From Paraphysomonas bandaiensis (lineage: Eukaryota; Protista; Chrysophyceae): DNA of 64,000 nt. The stretch lies in assembly GCA_965644295.1 (NCBI GenBank), contig CBFFRP010000298.1, forward strand, positions 248,001 through 312,000, read 5' to 3'. The notes under the pieces were generated by a model. That model saw only the letters and a program-made list of their open reading frames with translations. It had not been told where the DNA came from and did not search any database. The position numbers and the translations under genes were made by a program. How positions within the stretch are numbered: position 1 is the stretch's first letter; each line of letters starts with the position of its first letter. Below, piece after piece: positions 13,560 to 25,785 of this stretch.

Positions 13560-13870
13560 GTGCTTTAAATGACTGCTGTGTGCGCTATATATATATATAT
13601 ATATATACAGTGCTGCTGTACATATGTACACATACACACACTCTCTCCATAAATGTACTGCTGTCTGTATATGTATGAGAGGCTTCTGGAAAAGAAATGT
13701 ACATCTGCACTGCTGTATATCTATACACAACAGTGTGTACAGCAGTACATACATATATACTCCATATGGTCAATGATATACAGCAGTACATTTCTAGCAG
13801 TTTAGTTTATATTTTATATAGTTCAATGTACTGCTGTATCGTACTGTAGTACATATATATACATACATGT
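13560..13870. promoter_or_regulatory. (TA)/(CA)-rich upstream region with repeated CAGCAGTAC/GTACTGCTG motifs
   Basis: Several copies of the motif in both orientations, plus a (TA)n run, 220-530 bp upstream of the kinase ATG. Confidence 0.35.
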
Positions 13871-14090
13871 CTGTTTCTGTTTCAATCGTCGTGTATAATT
13901 TTCTCAGTGCATTACAACCCACACTCCTCTAGGAACTATCAACCCTCAGCCTTCTAATCACAGTATCCCTCTATTCAACTCTCATATTCTGAGTATTTCT
14001 TCATTCATTACTCATATGATTAACGAGAACTATATATAACACTCATCACACAGCAGTTCATACCACTCCACATCCTAAACATATACAAAC

Positions 14091-17000
14091 ATGAAACAAT
14101 CGGGTTGGAACAATAGATTTAATATCGACACCACTACAACCAACAATAGCAAAACATCAGTTGCAATAACAAGAAAAAAACCCAAGAGATACATTGCTAT
14201 GAATGGTACAGAGGTGAAGTCGACTATAAATTCTGGTCCCACTAAACTCAAACATAAAAAAAAAGTGAAGCCTAAAATAAAATCATCTCCAGCGACTAAA
14301 CCACGAATATATTCACCAGTGGAAGCAACTGTATCTCCTATGCCGGAAAAACGACGTCATCACTCGATATACAAGAGCAGATCGCAACAGCTGGAGTCAC
14401 CCACTCGACCTTTTTCACTGCCGTTGATTGAGAAGACCCACGGTATCAGTGGTGAAGAACAGGCAAAGAGATCTTCCACTGGTGATCCTCAGCCTTCTCG
14501 ACTTGCCCCCACAGTTTCCAATACATCATTATCTCTTGAGATCGACGTTTCGTCCAGCAATGTGCCAACTGCCAAAGAACGCAGACAGTGGCGTGAGTTC
14601 TCTACCTTAACAGAAGATCATAGGGACACAGACGGCCTCTGTGATTTAGTCCGACTTGTTAGTATTGGAAAGGGTTCTTCCGCCTATGTCTACAAGTCTG
14701 TCCTTTTTCCTAGCCTCAGAGTGGTGGCTGACAAAGTTGTGGTCATATCAAATAAAGAAAAGAGTTCGCAGTTAGTTCGGGAGCTGAAGTCACTGAGAGC
14801 TACTGTCCTCGGTACCAGCTCAAGTAGTAGCACCAACAGCTCGAAACCCACCTCGTCTAATATAGTACGGCTCTTGGAGGTCTATCCCAATCCCAGAGAC
14901 GGTACAATCTCCGTATGTTTGGAGTACATGGATGGAGGGTCTCTGCAGGATGTTGTGAGGGGAGGTGGATGTCAGTGCGAAAGTGTGCTGGCAGGTCTTG
15001 CGAGGCAGATGCTTCGCGGTCTGGCATTTCTCCACAGCAAAAGACACATTCATAGGTGTGCCTACATTGTGTATTCCTATTATAGTGAGATGGAAATGCA
15101 TTTATTCGGTTGTCTTGCACTCTGCAACTGTACATATTCGTGAGCTTTTTAATATTGACTTTATAGGGACATCAAGCCTGGGAATATTTTAATGTGCAGC
15201 GGACGGGGAACAACTAATGGGTCAGATGGAGCAGCAGTGAAAATTTCGGATTTTGGATTATCCAAGGAATTGGAGAAAGGCCACAGTCTCGCAGACTCGT
15301 TTCTGGGAACCTTCCACTATATGAGCCCGTGAGTTCACTTTTGCATGCTGTATAGTCCTATATGCAATTAATTGTGATGTTATTCTTTTGAAGTTGATGA
15401 ATGTAGCGTTATTTATGTTATACATCCGTTTCACTCAACTGACTTTCTGGCGGCAGAGAGCGAATTGCTGGGGGGGACTATTCGTTTTCGTCGGATATAT
15501 GGAGCTTCGGAATGACTATCTTGGCTGTGGCCCTAGGAAGGTATCCGTTTTCTCCAGGTAGCCCCAGATTAGGCCTCACCGGTAAAGGTTCTGATACAGC
15601 TGGATACGGTAAAGAGGGTGAGGGGGGATACTGGGCGATTTTACAAGCTATACAGGAAAGACCATCTGTTCGGTCTCTATTGCAGTCCTGTCAGCACTCG
15701 TGCGAGAGTCACACCCATTCATTTGGAATGCCAATGTCGGCGATGACTCAACAATTTACTCAAGATTTTCATTCATTTCTATCTCTAGCCTTGCATAGAG
15801 ACCAAAAAAAGCGCCCCACTGCCGCGTCCTTACTTCAGCATGCATTTTTGACCAATACCACTACAGCTGTAGAAGAGGATGCGACGAAGGAATTCATTCT
15901 TCAATGCTGTGCTCGTCATAGTGAACACATAGAATCCCGTGGTGTCAGTGCGACCATGAGGCCACGTGCTACACGGGCTAGGGCTTTATCTGGAGATGAA
16001 GATGACGGAAGAGAGGGCGGCAAAACTGCTGACAATAGTGTGCATATACGCCAAAGGAGTCGTGGTAAAGCAACTGGTGTTGTTGACCCATCCAAGCCGC
16101 GGTCAAGTGGAGGGAAAAGTTCTCAAGATCCCGGAATCAAGCAGCTGAGGAAGATACTCAGGGCATATAGGGAATACATGAATCGAACTTGGGGTGGTGC
16201 CAGCGGTCTTGTCGCGTCTGCAAGGGCGCATGGACAACCGATGAAAATGGAAAGCATCATTCTTCAAACCATTGCGCCACTTCTGGAACCCAGCACGATA
16301 GTCAACCTATCAGTGCAGCTCAATGCGCCAGTTCGGCTAGTGAAGAAGGGTTTCCGGAAAATAATAAGTGAGATAAAGGGAATAGTGGAGCAAGTAGCAG
16401 AGCTAGACCCAGAGGCGGGAGCTTGTTCAGTCGGGCTCTCGACCTTACTGGAAGGAGGTTTTCCCCAAGAAAACAGGACCAGCAAGGATGCTCCTACCAA
16501 ACCTATGCCCCGCGCATCTCCTGCAAAGGTAGTATCGAGTCTAGAAGCTTCCCGTATCATGAGCCCATCTGGTACTGGGTCCCCTGTAGTGCGTCGAACT
16601 AGCAGCGGGTCGAGCGGAATGGTTAGTCGTCTTGACTCAAGCGATGGCTCCGATGCTGCAGCTGTAGCGGAGATTCGTGCACTTGTATCCAGCGGCCGGC
16701 AAAATATGTCTGTAGCCCTTCATAGCAGCCCGGAACGCGTACGCAGTTCCGTCATTCCTGACGCTGTTGAAGAAGGAGGGGAGGATGATGAGGATAGGCA
16801 GTATCTCGAGGGATTCGCGGACACTTACGATGAAGAGGATGTGGGATTTTCATGCACAAAACCGGAGCCGATTACGGTATCTGACTCTTCGCGGGCATCT
16901 CACACTCACAACCCCGGTAGCATGTCGGCATCTATATCAGATAAATCCGTTCCACAAGCTTCTCTATTGGGCAAGGACCCGTCTGGTGTATCAATGTCAC

Positions 17001-17314
17001 CAGGTTATAAACCAAGAATATCTCCGTCAGAACCACAGTCTCTCTCTGAAAAAAGTAGTGTAAATATATCAAACCGACTTGCTATGTCGCCCATTAGTTC
17101 ATCAAAGCGATCTGTAGTGAGTGGATCGCCACATCAAAGCTGTTGGGATGATAGCAAGACGACAACTGACTCAAAAGAGCCTGTCACTCCAGTAGTTATA
17201 GCAAATCATGGCGAGAACAAACGTGAAGTAGAAACAGAAGAAAGTGAAGATGAATATGACGATGATTATGAGGATGACGATGAATTTTATGCGGACGAAG
17301 AATTCGACGACTAA
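14091..17314 (+). CDS. MAP kinase kinase (STE7/MEK family); exons 14091-15055, 15167-15328, 15457-17314
   Basis: IGKGSSAYVYK, ISVCLEYMDGGSL, HRDIKPGNIL, DFG, activation loop SLADSFLGTFHYMSPERI, SDIWSFGMT, GRYPF. GT-AG introns restore the frame. Confidence 0.9.
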
Positions 17315-18164
17315 ACGTGTGCAGTATCTATTAGCAACTATAGATATCGTCACTGCGTTATTGACTATAGTTGCTACCACTTCGTTCTTGAGTAGTCTAT
17401 ATGCTGGACAGATACCTGTGTCGCTGAGACTTTATTTGTTTAAAAACAGTATATTTGTCATTTCTGCATATTAACACGATACTAAGGGTAAGCTATTTTT
17501 TCCATGTTCAATCTGTGTCCGTAGAGCAAAGCCAGTATGTAGAATGAAGACCTGAAATGATTCAGCGTGCAAAGTAGTAGTGTTAATAAGGGCTGGGGAC
17601 AATATCTTTATTGTAGTAGTATGCATTGTTCGATCGGTTAGAGTACTATACCCGTATTTTATTGGGAAGCTAGCTTACAATATAGTGGTTCCTTACCCTG
17701 ATAATATATTATACATGACCCTGAAACGCAGATACCATAAAATTCTATGCACTGACAATGGACTAGATGCTTGGATACGCAGTATCTACTAATACGCAGT
17801 AACTAATAGTACAGCAAATAAAAATTTGTACAGTAATTGTGTACTCTACTACATTATAATCATTACCACTTCCGTAATTAGCATAATATTTGACAAAAGA
17901 CATGCCAGGGTTTCGTAGCAATTAATTGAAAATTAATAATTGAAACAACTCGACATTGAAAGACAGACGTTCGCCAACTATAGCAGAAATTAAATCAATT
18001 ACTTGAAATCTATTATGCATAATTAAGCTAGGTTAACCTTGAATGTATTGAAAGGGTTTAGCCATCAATTATATAATTAAAAACCAATAACAAACAATTA
18101 CTGTAACAATTAAAATTGCATGACATTGAAAATGATGATAATCAGAATTAATTGTTACACAACC

Positions 18165-18460
18165 CTGTTATTTTGTTGAGTTTTACTGTTTGAGAGCGAT
18201 TAAAAGGGTTAGTTCTGATGTATTTGAATTTTGACCGTTACTTGAAGAATAAAGTGGTGATTAAAACAGTATTACATGAAGTATTGAGATGACAGAAATA
18301 ATAGCAGTGAAAATCAAATATATAAACTGTACAAGATCGTATCTATCTAGATCGTATGAAAATCATTGGCAGTTGAGACAACATGAACTCGGTGAATGGC
18401 AACTAATGGTAAGTGAGATTGATCATAACTTATAATCAAAGCACTGAGAGTGCATTATTA
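18165..18460 (+). repeat. Dispersed old AT-rich repeat, family B
   Basis: gttgagttt..ctgtttgagagc.att.aaag and agatcgtatga blocks recur at 33465, 33780 and (reverse) 42530-42720. Confidence 0.7.
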
Positions 18461-18501
18461 TTAGCTAATTAAGTGCTTATTGCAATTTCCATATAAATAT
18501 G

Positions 18502-18603
18502 GTGTTACTAAGTTGTTACTAAGTGTGAATAGAAGTAAGTGTTACTAAGTAAGTGTTACTAAGTTGTTACTAAGTGTGAATAGAAGTAAGTGTTACTAAG
18601 TGT
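18502..18603 (+). repeat. Minisatellite GTGTTACTAAGT(GTGAATAGAAGTAA)
   Basis: About five tandem GTTACTAAGT cores. The same unit occurs at 24538-24698. Confidence 0.85.
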
Positions 18604-19003
18604 CGAAAGGTTATGTAAGTAAAAGTTACGTTGTATCGAATGTTAGTTAATGGTAAAAATGAAACAAACTAAGACTAAGGAACAGATAGCAAAAAATATT
18701 ACTAAATAAGTAGAAACAAACGATGCAGGAAGCAGTGTTAAGTCAGCCGACGGAAATGAATTGGTTTCAGTGAGCTGGTCATGATACCGTGATGTCTCCA
18801 GTTCGGCTGTTCGAGCTGCCACATGCTGCTGCTCGTTTAAAGTATCCATTCCCTTGCGGCGAATATTAGTAACGAATCATTTCATCCAGTGTATCTGGAC
18901 AAGTAAGAGCATGCAATGTCTGATAGAAGGGATCAGGACTGCGGTCTTCCATGATCGAACACTCTGCAGGATCGTCAGGCAAGGGAGTAAAATCTTCCTC
19001 AAG

Positions 19004-19065
19004 CTCCAGAGCGCAAGTAAAACTCCAGGATTGTCAGGCAAGGGAGTTTTACTTGCGCTCTGGAG
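19004..19065. repeat. Perfect 23-bp inverted repeat with 16-nt loop
   Basis: ctccagagcgcaagtaaaactcc (19004-19026) pairs with ggagttttacttgcgctctggag (19043-19065). Confidence 0.95.
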
Positions 19066-19556
19066 TATATTCTGGATACGAGTGTATGGATGGGAGTTCT
19101 ATGAGCTCTACTGGGATGCCCTTCGCGCTAACGAGAACAAAAGCGTCGTTTTTCATCGTCTTGTCCAAAAAAATATACCGCAGAAGCCAATCAGAAATGG
19201 AGCATGCCAATAAAGAAGTGTCACTCCAGGCAACACTCACTGTGAGGACACGAATCTTAGTCGTGATGATAACTCTGACTTGATTGCAGTGAAGTTGTGA
19301 TTGTGTAGTAATCGCAAATGCGGCTGACTAAAGTGTGACGTCGAACAGAACATTGAAGTATGGGCAGGCACTGGTATGTGAACAGCGTTTTGGAACTCCA
19401 AGAAGCAGATAGGGATGGTTTGAGGGAACAAGATACCATCATCCAGCTGAAATCTTGATGTCGTGCTGCAGAAACCGCAACTTCAATTTTGAAGTAGCGA
19501 ATGCCACGCACTTAGATAGTGATGTCTTGGAATTCCAATAAGGCAACAATTCTGTG

Positions 19557-19717
19557 TGTGGGAATATAAGATCCAGCAGAATATGTCGATCCAGCAAAAA
19601 AATCCAGGTTTTTTTGATGCATGCTGTTTTTTGACGAATATATTTCAGAGAAATAACGAAAAAAGGTCGATTTTTTTGCTGGATCGACATATTCCGCTGG
19701 ATCGACTTATTCCCACA
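19557..19717. mobile_element. MITE-like element with ~48-bp terminal inverted repeats
   Basis: tgtgggaata..agatccagcagaatatgtcgatccagcaaaaaaatc versus gatttttttgctggatcgacatattccgctggatcgacttattcccaca. Each arm carries two GATCCAGC subrepeats. Confidence 0.7.
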
Positions 19718-19781
19718 GAAGGAATTTGAGAGAGCGAATACACTGTGAATCGTGCCATTATTAACTGTGAGTTCGTATTGC

Positions 19782-20189
19782 AAGCTTCATCACTATGCGG
19801 GAGAGCTATTGTGAAGGTTTATGCCTCATTATCGACAAAATGAGCGTGACAAGTGGGTTCCCGTGACCTGTAGAAAAGCGGAGAGTGTATGTCTCGAGGT
19901 TATTGAAGACGACGCAAGCAAGCAGTATGCCTATTAGTATTGGAGGGGAGAAAAGCATTTGAAATGCGCAGTGAAAGTTCAGTCCGAGTACGTCGTTGAT
20001 TCATGTGCTGATTTACAGCATGAAACCGTGTTTGAAATGGAAAAAGAAGACCATGCAGGTGAGGTAGTGGATATGCTCGACTTACTGAGCAATGCTCTCA
20101 GTCGTGGTAAAAAGAGAAATAATGTATCAGAAATGGCTTTAAGCTCCAGAGACTCCCGGCTAGTGTCAGGTAATAAGTATTGGTACTAG
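19782..20189 (+). pseudogene. Decayed coding relic of unknown origin
   Basis: One frame reads KLHHYAGELL*RFMPHYRQNERDKWVPVTCRKAESVCLEVIEDDASKQYAY*YWRGEKHLKCAVKV... with two internal stops. No recognisable family. Confidence 0.3.
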
Positions 20190-20874
20190 AGACTAGAGTA
20201 GTAGAGTGTGTAGCTGGAGTACTATTGGTCTGTTGAGTAATAATCAGTTCATTCATTGGGGTACAGTTATTGCTTTTCTGTTACATGCGCAAGCAATAAT
20301 GAGAACTAGATGGTGTACTGTAATGAACTATAAGATTAGGTGAAATTTAGCATATATCAAGATTTGTCGTTAATTTGCAGCAAACGCATGCATGTGTATG
20401 TGTTTAAGCCATCCAACATGACAAAATTTGATAAATTTGCATATGGGCTCCATGAATCCCTCATAGCCTTCACTGTAATAACATAGACTTAAATCAGTCA
20501 AAAAATTTTAAGTTAACTACTACCACTGAGATTGTTTTGCTAATTAAAGAGGTAACCTTGTGTCTGTAGGACAGAAGAAAAATTCAGTTTAAATGTGATG
20601 TACTGTGCGTGCAATGATATTGAAATAAAAAACAATGCTGAAATAGGGGAACTATGTACTTTGTAGGGTTGTCGCCTTGATAATATTTCATAATCGTGAA
20701 GATCGTAAAATATCTGGAAGTTTTATGCAATTATTACTTTTTTTGCTTGATAATACAACCGTTATTCATGGAATAGTCAATGATATTCACAATACGAGTG
20801 ATGCCACATGTGATAAAAACACAGTTGAAATATATTAACTACTAAACGACAAATGAACATTCCTCATATATATT

Positions 20875-22491
20875 CTACAGCTCGAGGTCGCCCTCTAATA
20901 CGTGTTGTACCTTATTCGTATTTACACTAGACGATTGTGATATTCCGACCGATTTTGTACTTGAGGCGGCACGCTTCAATATGCTACACAAAACCGTTTA
21001 GTAAATATTCACTGGTACTCAAAGCTTACCTCTCACGGAGTGCTTTGTATATATCTGCGGGCTTTGATGATCCCCCCACTAATCCAGTGTTCTCCAATGA
21101 AAATGATAGTTTATCAATTTCATCCCCTAGATTACTATTTGCCCCACCTATCATATCTACTGCCTCATGAAAACTCTGTTCTTGCTCGCAAACAGGAGAT
21201 GAAGCGGAATAATCGATATCATCCTGATGATTATCTGTGCACTCTTCTACTATTTTTCTGTATAAAGAGAGAGTATGAGACTACAATATTTTTCAAATGC
21301 ATCATGCACTTGACGAAAACGAAAACACACTGAAATATCGCATGTAATTGATATTTTATAAGTCAAATACCATACATACCGCCCTGCAATATCAAATGCT
21401 ACTCTTACTCCCTTTCCACTTCGCTTGTACTTCTCAAGTCGTCGCCGCTCTTTTTCATCTATCTGTGCCTTTTCTTCTGCTGTAAGCCATGTGGACGTTT
21501 CATAGTAGTCACCCTGAAAAGATATATATATATACTCAATATTCATGCATACTCTCGGTATTGGCTGCGTGACATGTGTACGGTGGTTGTCATATAATGT
21601 TTCTCTGTACAGGTACAAAATATAACATTCATGTACTCATGGTCACCCCGATATTATGAAAAGATATCAACGAGCTCTAATAAAATGTACGCTAATACTC
21701 TGGAGTGGTCTACCTGAGCATCATTAACCTTCGTTCTCTTAGCATTCTCCTTATCAAAGGTCAGTAATTTATCCTATAGATTTGCCACAATATCATATAA
21801 GTACACATATCACATGTATATATGATCACACTACCTTTTGTTTGTATGCAGCCGACATATCACCAGTAACCTCTGCCCGGTAATTTTGGACTTCATCGTT
21901 AGGCAAAGGTGGTATCAGCTCAACCCCACAAAACAAACATGGACCCAGCCCTTCCTTTTCGCAGTGAATGCGTCCACAATGAATGCAGCTGGTAGTGTAT
22001 GTATGATGAGTCGCAAAGCACCCACATATAGTGCGGAGAGTATTGTTGTCCTTGACTTTGCTATGTTTGGCTGGCTTATTGGTGCCTAATGTAGAGGTAC
22101 TATTCATCTTCTTTCCTTTCTTATGTTGTTTAGAGGAACGAGGCTCTTTGAGAGAGATATGAGGTGCTGCTTGAACTTGTGTTCTCTGTGTAGTTGTGTT
22201 TAGTGAGGGATATTCATCTGCCTTCGTTGTTTGATGTGCTTTGCCTCTTCCACTCTTGTTACCTGCACATCCCTTACGACTTTGCATGCATATCTCGGAA
22301 TATTTCTCGATTATTCCGAGAACTTTCTCATGATGTCCACATAATTCTTCTACAAATACAATCATATCACTCTTAGCTGTTGGATCGAAGGATGTTAAGT
22401 ACTCCACAACAGTCTCTAAGGCATCATCATTAACGATCCCTCTTAACTGATTCATCAGATACTCTTTTCCAGTCGTTAAGGAGTCTTTCAT
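20875..22491 (-). CDS. TRIP4: Activating signal cointegrator 1 / Rqt4-like zf-C2HC5 protein (multi-exon)
   Basis: CGCFATHHTYTTSCIHCGRIHCEKEGLGPCLFCG, then KDKLLTFDKENAKRTKVNDAQGDYYETSTWLT...VAFDIAGR. The last exon ends VLEGDLEL* at 20875. Confidence 0.9.
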
Positions 22492-22999
22492 AGTAATGAA
22501 TATCGTGGTATGGAGCAGGAGATGAGTGGATGAATGGGTTCTTTAAGTTCTAGCTATACATACACAGCAGCATATATATATATATATATGCATGTACCAG
22601 TCTGTATGTACATACAGATACAGCATTCCATGTATGGGTATTCCATCTGCATCACACGGACTGTACTTCCATCCATACAGATATTTCCACACATTCAGAT
22701 TCTCCAAGAAACAGGCATATACCGCTGTACTGCTGAATACACCTAGTACGGGAGTACGATTTGTACTATCGTATTTACTTATCCAGCAGTACAGCATACT
22801 AAAATATCGTAGTGTTAAATGTCCAGCAGTGGTCCATGTCCAGATGGTCATACAGTTTCGTCAAAACAGATGTTAACTGCTCCCAAATCCAGCATACTTC
22901 CATTCCCTTCAACGCATATCTTGTACCTGTGATGCACACATGCAGCATGTGAGAGAGAAATAACGTCCCATACTCTCTATTTGTTAGCAAGTCAAGTAT

Positions 23000-24312
23000 A
23001 TGCTGTCTGTGGGCATTATTCTCTTCTTAGTTGTGTTTTTTACAGCACTGATTCGAACATACGGCGTGTCGTATGAGGGCGGTGATCTTGAGCCTGTCAA
23101 TGGGACTATACGCTACCCCAGTATAGCATTTGTAGTGCACAGCTACAGTGGGAATCATGTCATTCAGGATTTTATGCTCAAAACATTTCTTCGTAACACA
23201 CAAACTATAGTGATGACCGGGGTAGATGTCTCTGCTGCGGATGATGCTAAAGCCAAGCGACGACTGACGAGTAAGATCATCAGATACGATGGACATCCTG
23301 GCAAAATAACGGAAAAGTTCTCAGTGTACAAAGGCATTCATCGCCCTCTTGCCGGTATTTACTTTGCAAACAAGTCATTTCCTCACGTAGATTGGATATA
23401 TGTGATGGACGATGACAGTTTGCCGTTTATTCGTCTAGTTTACAAGGTACTGAGTGGAATTAATGCTCATATTCCTTTGTTATTAGGACAAGTTGGTAAG
23501 TGCAAAGTAAATGCAGCACATATTGTTTTTACTATTTCATAGGTCCTAAATCTGGCGGTCACGCCCCTTGTCGTGAATCCTCTAATTCTACGCATTGGTC
23601 TTGTTGTACATCGAAAACTACTCCCTGTGTTGCACATGTTCGCAATGCACCTAGATCAGGTGCTGTGTTTTCATATAACAGAACTTCTGAGAGTTTTGAA
23701 CCCACTTATCTCAATACTGGTCGAATGAAGAACCCGTGTAAATCAATGTACTCGGCCCCGGGCGAACGAATTGGTCATCCGTACGTACTAAATGCAACGA
23801 GTACAGATTTTGTGCCCCATATAACGTACCGACTTTTCCCTTACGGTGGGGCTACATATGCTGTATCACGTGGTATGATTCAGACTATAGGAGAGAAAAA
23901 CTGGAAACGATACATGGATGCATTCAGGTGCAAGGGTGGGGATTTAATGTTGATGTACTTGGTGCTCAACTTTGGATATTCTATAACGAGTCAAGAGTTC
24001 GGAGCTCTTCATGGTGCTCATGATGTTGTTTCCAAAATTGCCCATATGCACACTCGCGCGAGAGTGCCTTATTTCGACAAAGAAAGCTTCGCTCGTATGT
24101 GCCATTATTATTATCTTTACCCAAACAGATCAGATCTAATCCCCAACCCAAGTAATGCTCATATATATACGCGATTCAAGAGTAGTTTGTCCAAATGTGA
24201 AAGCGTGTGTGCACAATATAAGAATAGCAGTGGTATTTATGGCGATGTTACGTTTGATCCATATAAAACAGAATTTATAGAATACAAGCATTTGTACAAT
24301 GAGAATTCATGA
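23000..24312 (+). CDS. Fringe-like / GT31 beta-1,3-glycosyltransferase, type II membrane protein (2 exons, intron ~23496-23542)
   Basis: N-terminal TM, DWIYVMDDDS, PLLLG, FPYGGATYAVSRG, GGDLMLMYL. Confidence 0.8.
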
Positions 24313-24537
24313 CCGTTTTTTAATTATATTTTCTGAATTTTAAATTCGATGCTGTGTTCATAGTAGAATGTAGTGAATACATTGCATCATTATTTAATAT
24401 AGTTTTATTAGTTCTATTACTGCTTATTTCGTCATATCATTCATCCTTAGAATTACCAAAATAACGTGATTCTGCGACATAATACAAAAATTTACTAAGC
24501 CACATTCAAGCAATTGCTGCTAGGGTCAAAAGATTGA

Positions 24538-24698
24538 CAGTGTTACTAAGTGTGAATAGAAGTAAGTGTTACTAATAAGTGTCTAAGTGTTACTAAGTAT
24601 AATAATAGACAGTGTTACAAAGTGTAAATAGAAGTAAGTGTTAAAAATATAATAATTGACAGTGTTCCTAAGTGTGAATAGAAGTAAGTGTTACTAAG
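24538..24698 (+). repeat. Minisatellite, same unit as 18502-18603
   Basis: Repeated (ttgaca)gtgttactaagtgtgaatagaagtaa units. Confidence 0.85.
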
Positions 24699-25310
24699 CA
24701 TTAATTATTTCTCATTAATTATCTAGAAGGGTTGATTTTTGGGCGTCTAACTGTCTAGAGTTTTGGGTGTGTTGTAAAGCATTACTAACGAGCCTAAAGT
24801 TGATAAGAAAGATAGTGTTACTAACCAGACTTGTGTGATAATTGGCTATTATTATTAACACGTTTTATCTGTGATAATAATAACTTGCCGTACAACCTAC
24901 AGTCAAATATTCCAGACTACACTTACTACACTTTGGCATCAATGCTACACTACACTAAGATACCATACATATATCCTACCCGGAATCACACACCATACGT
25001 ATAATAATCTTGTATACCGCTATCAAACTGTATCGCGACCGCGTCAAAAACGTTGACAATGGAAACGCTCAAGGGTGCTACGATTACTAGGTGTCCGCAG
25101 ACGACCCGAGACTGGACCACCGCCCACCGCACACATGAACCCCACCACTCATACACACAGGAACACATCACCGGCCCGCACGAAACCTTCAGGCCCTCGA
25201 CAGCGACGCCGTCTCCGGCAACTCTACCTATGCCTGAGGCCCAAACGGTGTACTGAGACAACGCCACATTCCATCTCTCCGCCCACCTCTCAGCACACAC
25301 ATCTAGCAAT

Positions 25311-25379
25311 ATTAAAGATCTGATTATTACATGAGAGAACTTATGGCATTTCTTATCTATTACTCTAGACTAGTGGTAA
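25311..25379 (+). repeat. ~68-bp dispersed repeat, also at 52531-52597
   Basis: attaaagatctgattattacatgagagaacttat.gcatt...tatctattactctagactagtggtaa is near-identical at both sites. Confidence 0.9.
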
Positions 25380-25494
25380 CACAGATTACGAAGTGCTCAG
25401 TTGTCTCGGGACATTGCTGCAAGCACCTTGGTGTAACCATCCCTAACACATCTAGCACTCGGTACACTCAGGACCTTAATACATAACCCTGTAC

Positions 25495-25785
25495 CTCAGA
25501 GCCTGGTGGAATCACATCCCAAGGGGAGACCCCTGATAACACGCGCCAGTGAGTCCTAGGACACACGATCAGGGCGAAACTCACAATCAACATTAAGAAC
25601 GGAAGTGGCCGCACCTTTGTGCTTGCGGCGACGCACAAGCAGCTTCTGTAGCGCTAAATAGTAGGAATTTGTGCGGATTACAGTAGTTATGGGTAGCGGT
25701 CTAAATAGTATGTCTAGCATTCAACTAGTCACTACATTGGTGCAGGTTCTTAACGCCTATTGCTAAATAATAAGACTTTCAATAT
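25495..25785 (+). mobile_element. Dispersed repeat family A (retroposon-like 3' end), copy 1
   Basis: Highly similar to the reverse complement of 43223-43515 and to 52010-52215. All three copies end at aagactttca(a/g)tat. Confidence 0.8.

Noticed and set aside
18502-18603. CRISPR-like repeat array or telomeric repeat
   Set aside because: There are no unique spacers, the unit is an irregular minisatellite, the context is eukaryotic, and it is not TTAGGG/TTTAGGG-like.
25520-25590. Hammerhead-ribozyme-like words (CTGATAA…GAAA; TGA-GTCCT…AGGGC-GAAAC) in family A
   Set aside because: No CUGAnGA core adjoins the stem (it reads CCAGTGA), and the second copy has CTGTCAA. Stems I and III cannot be closed consistently.
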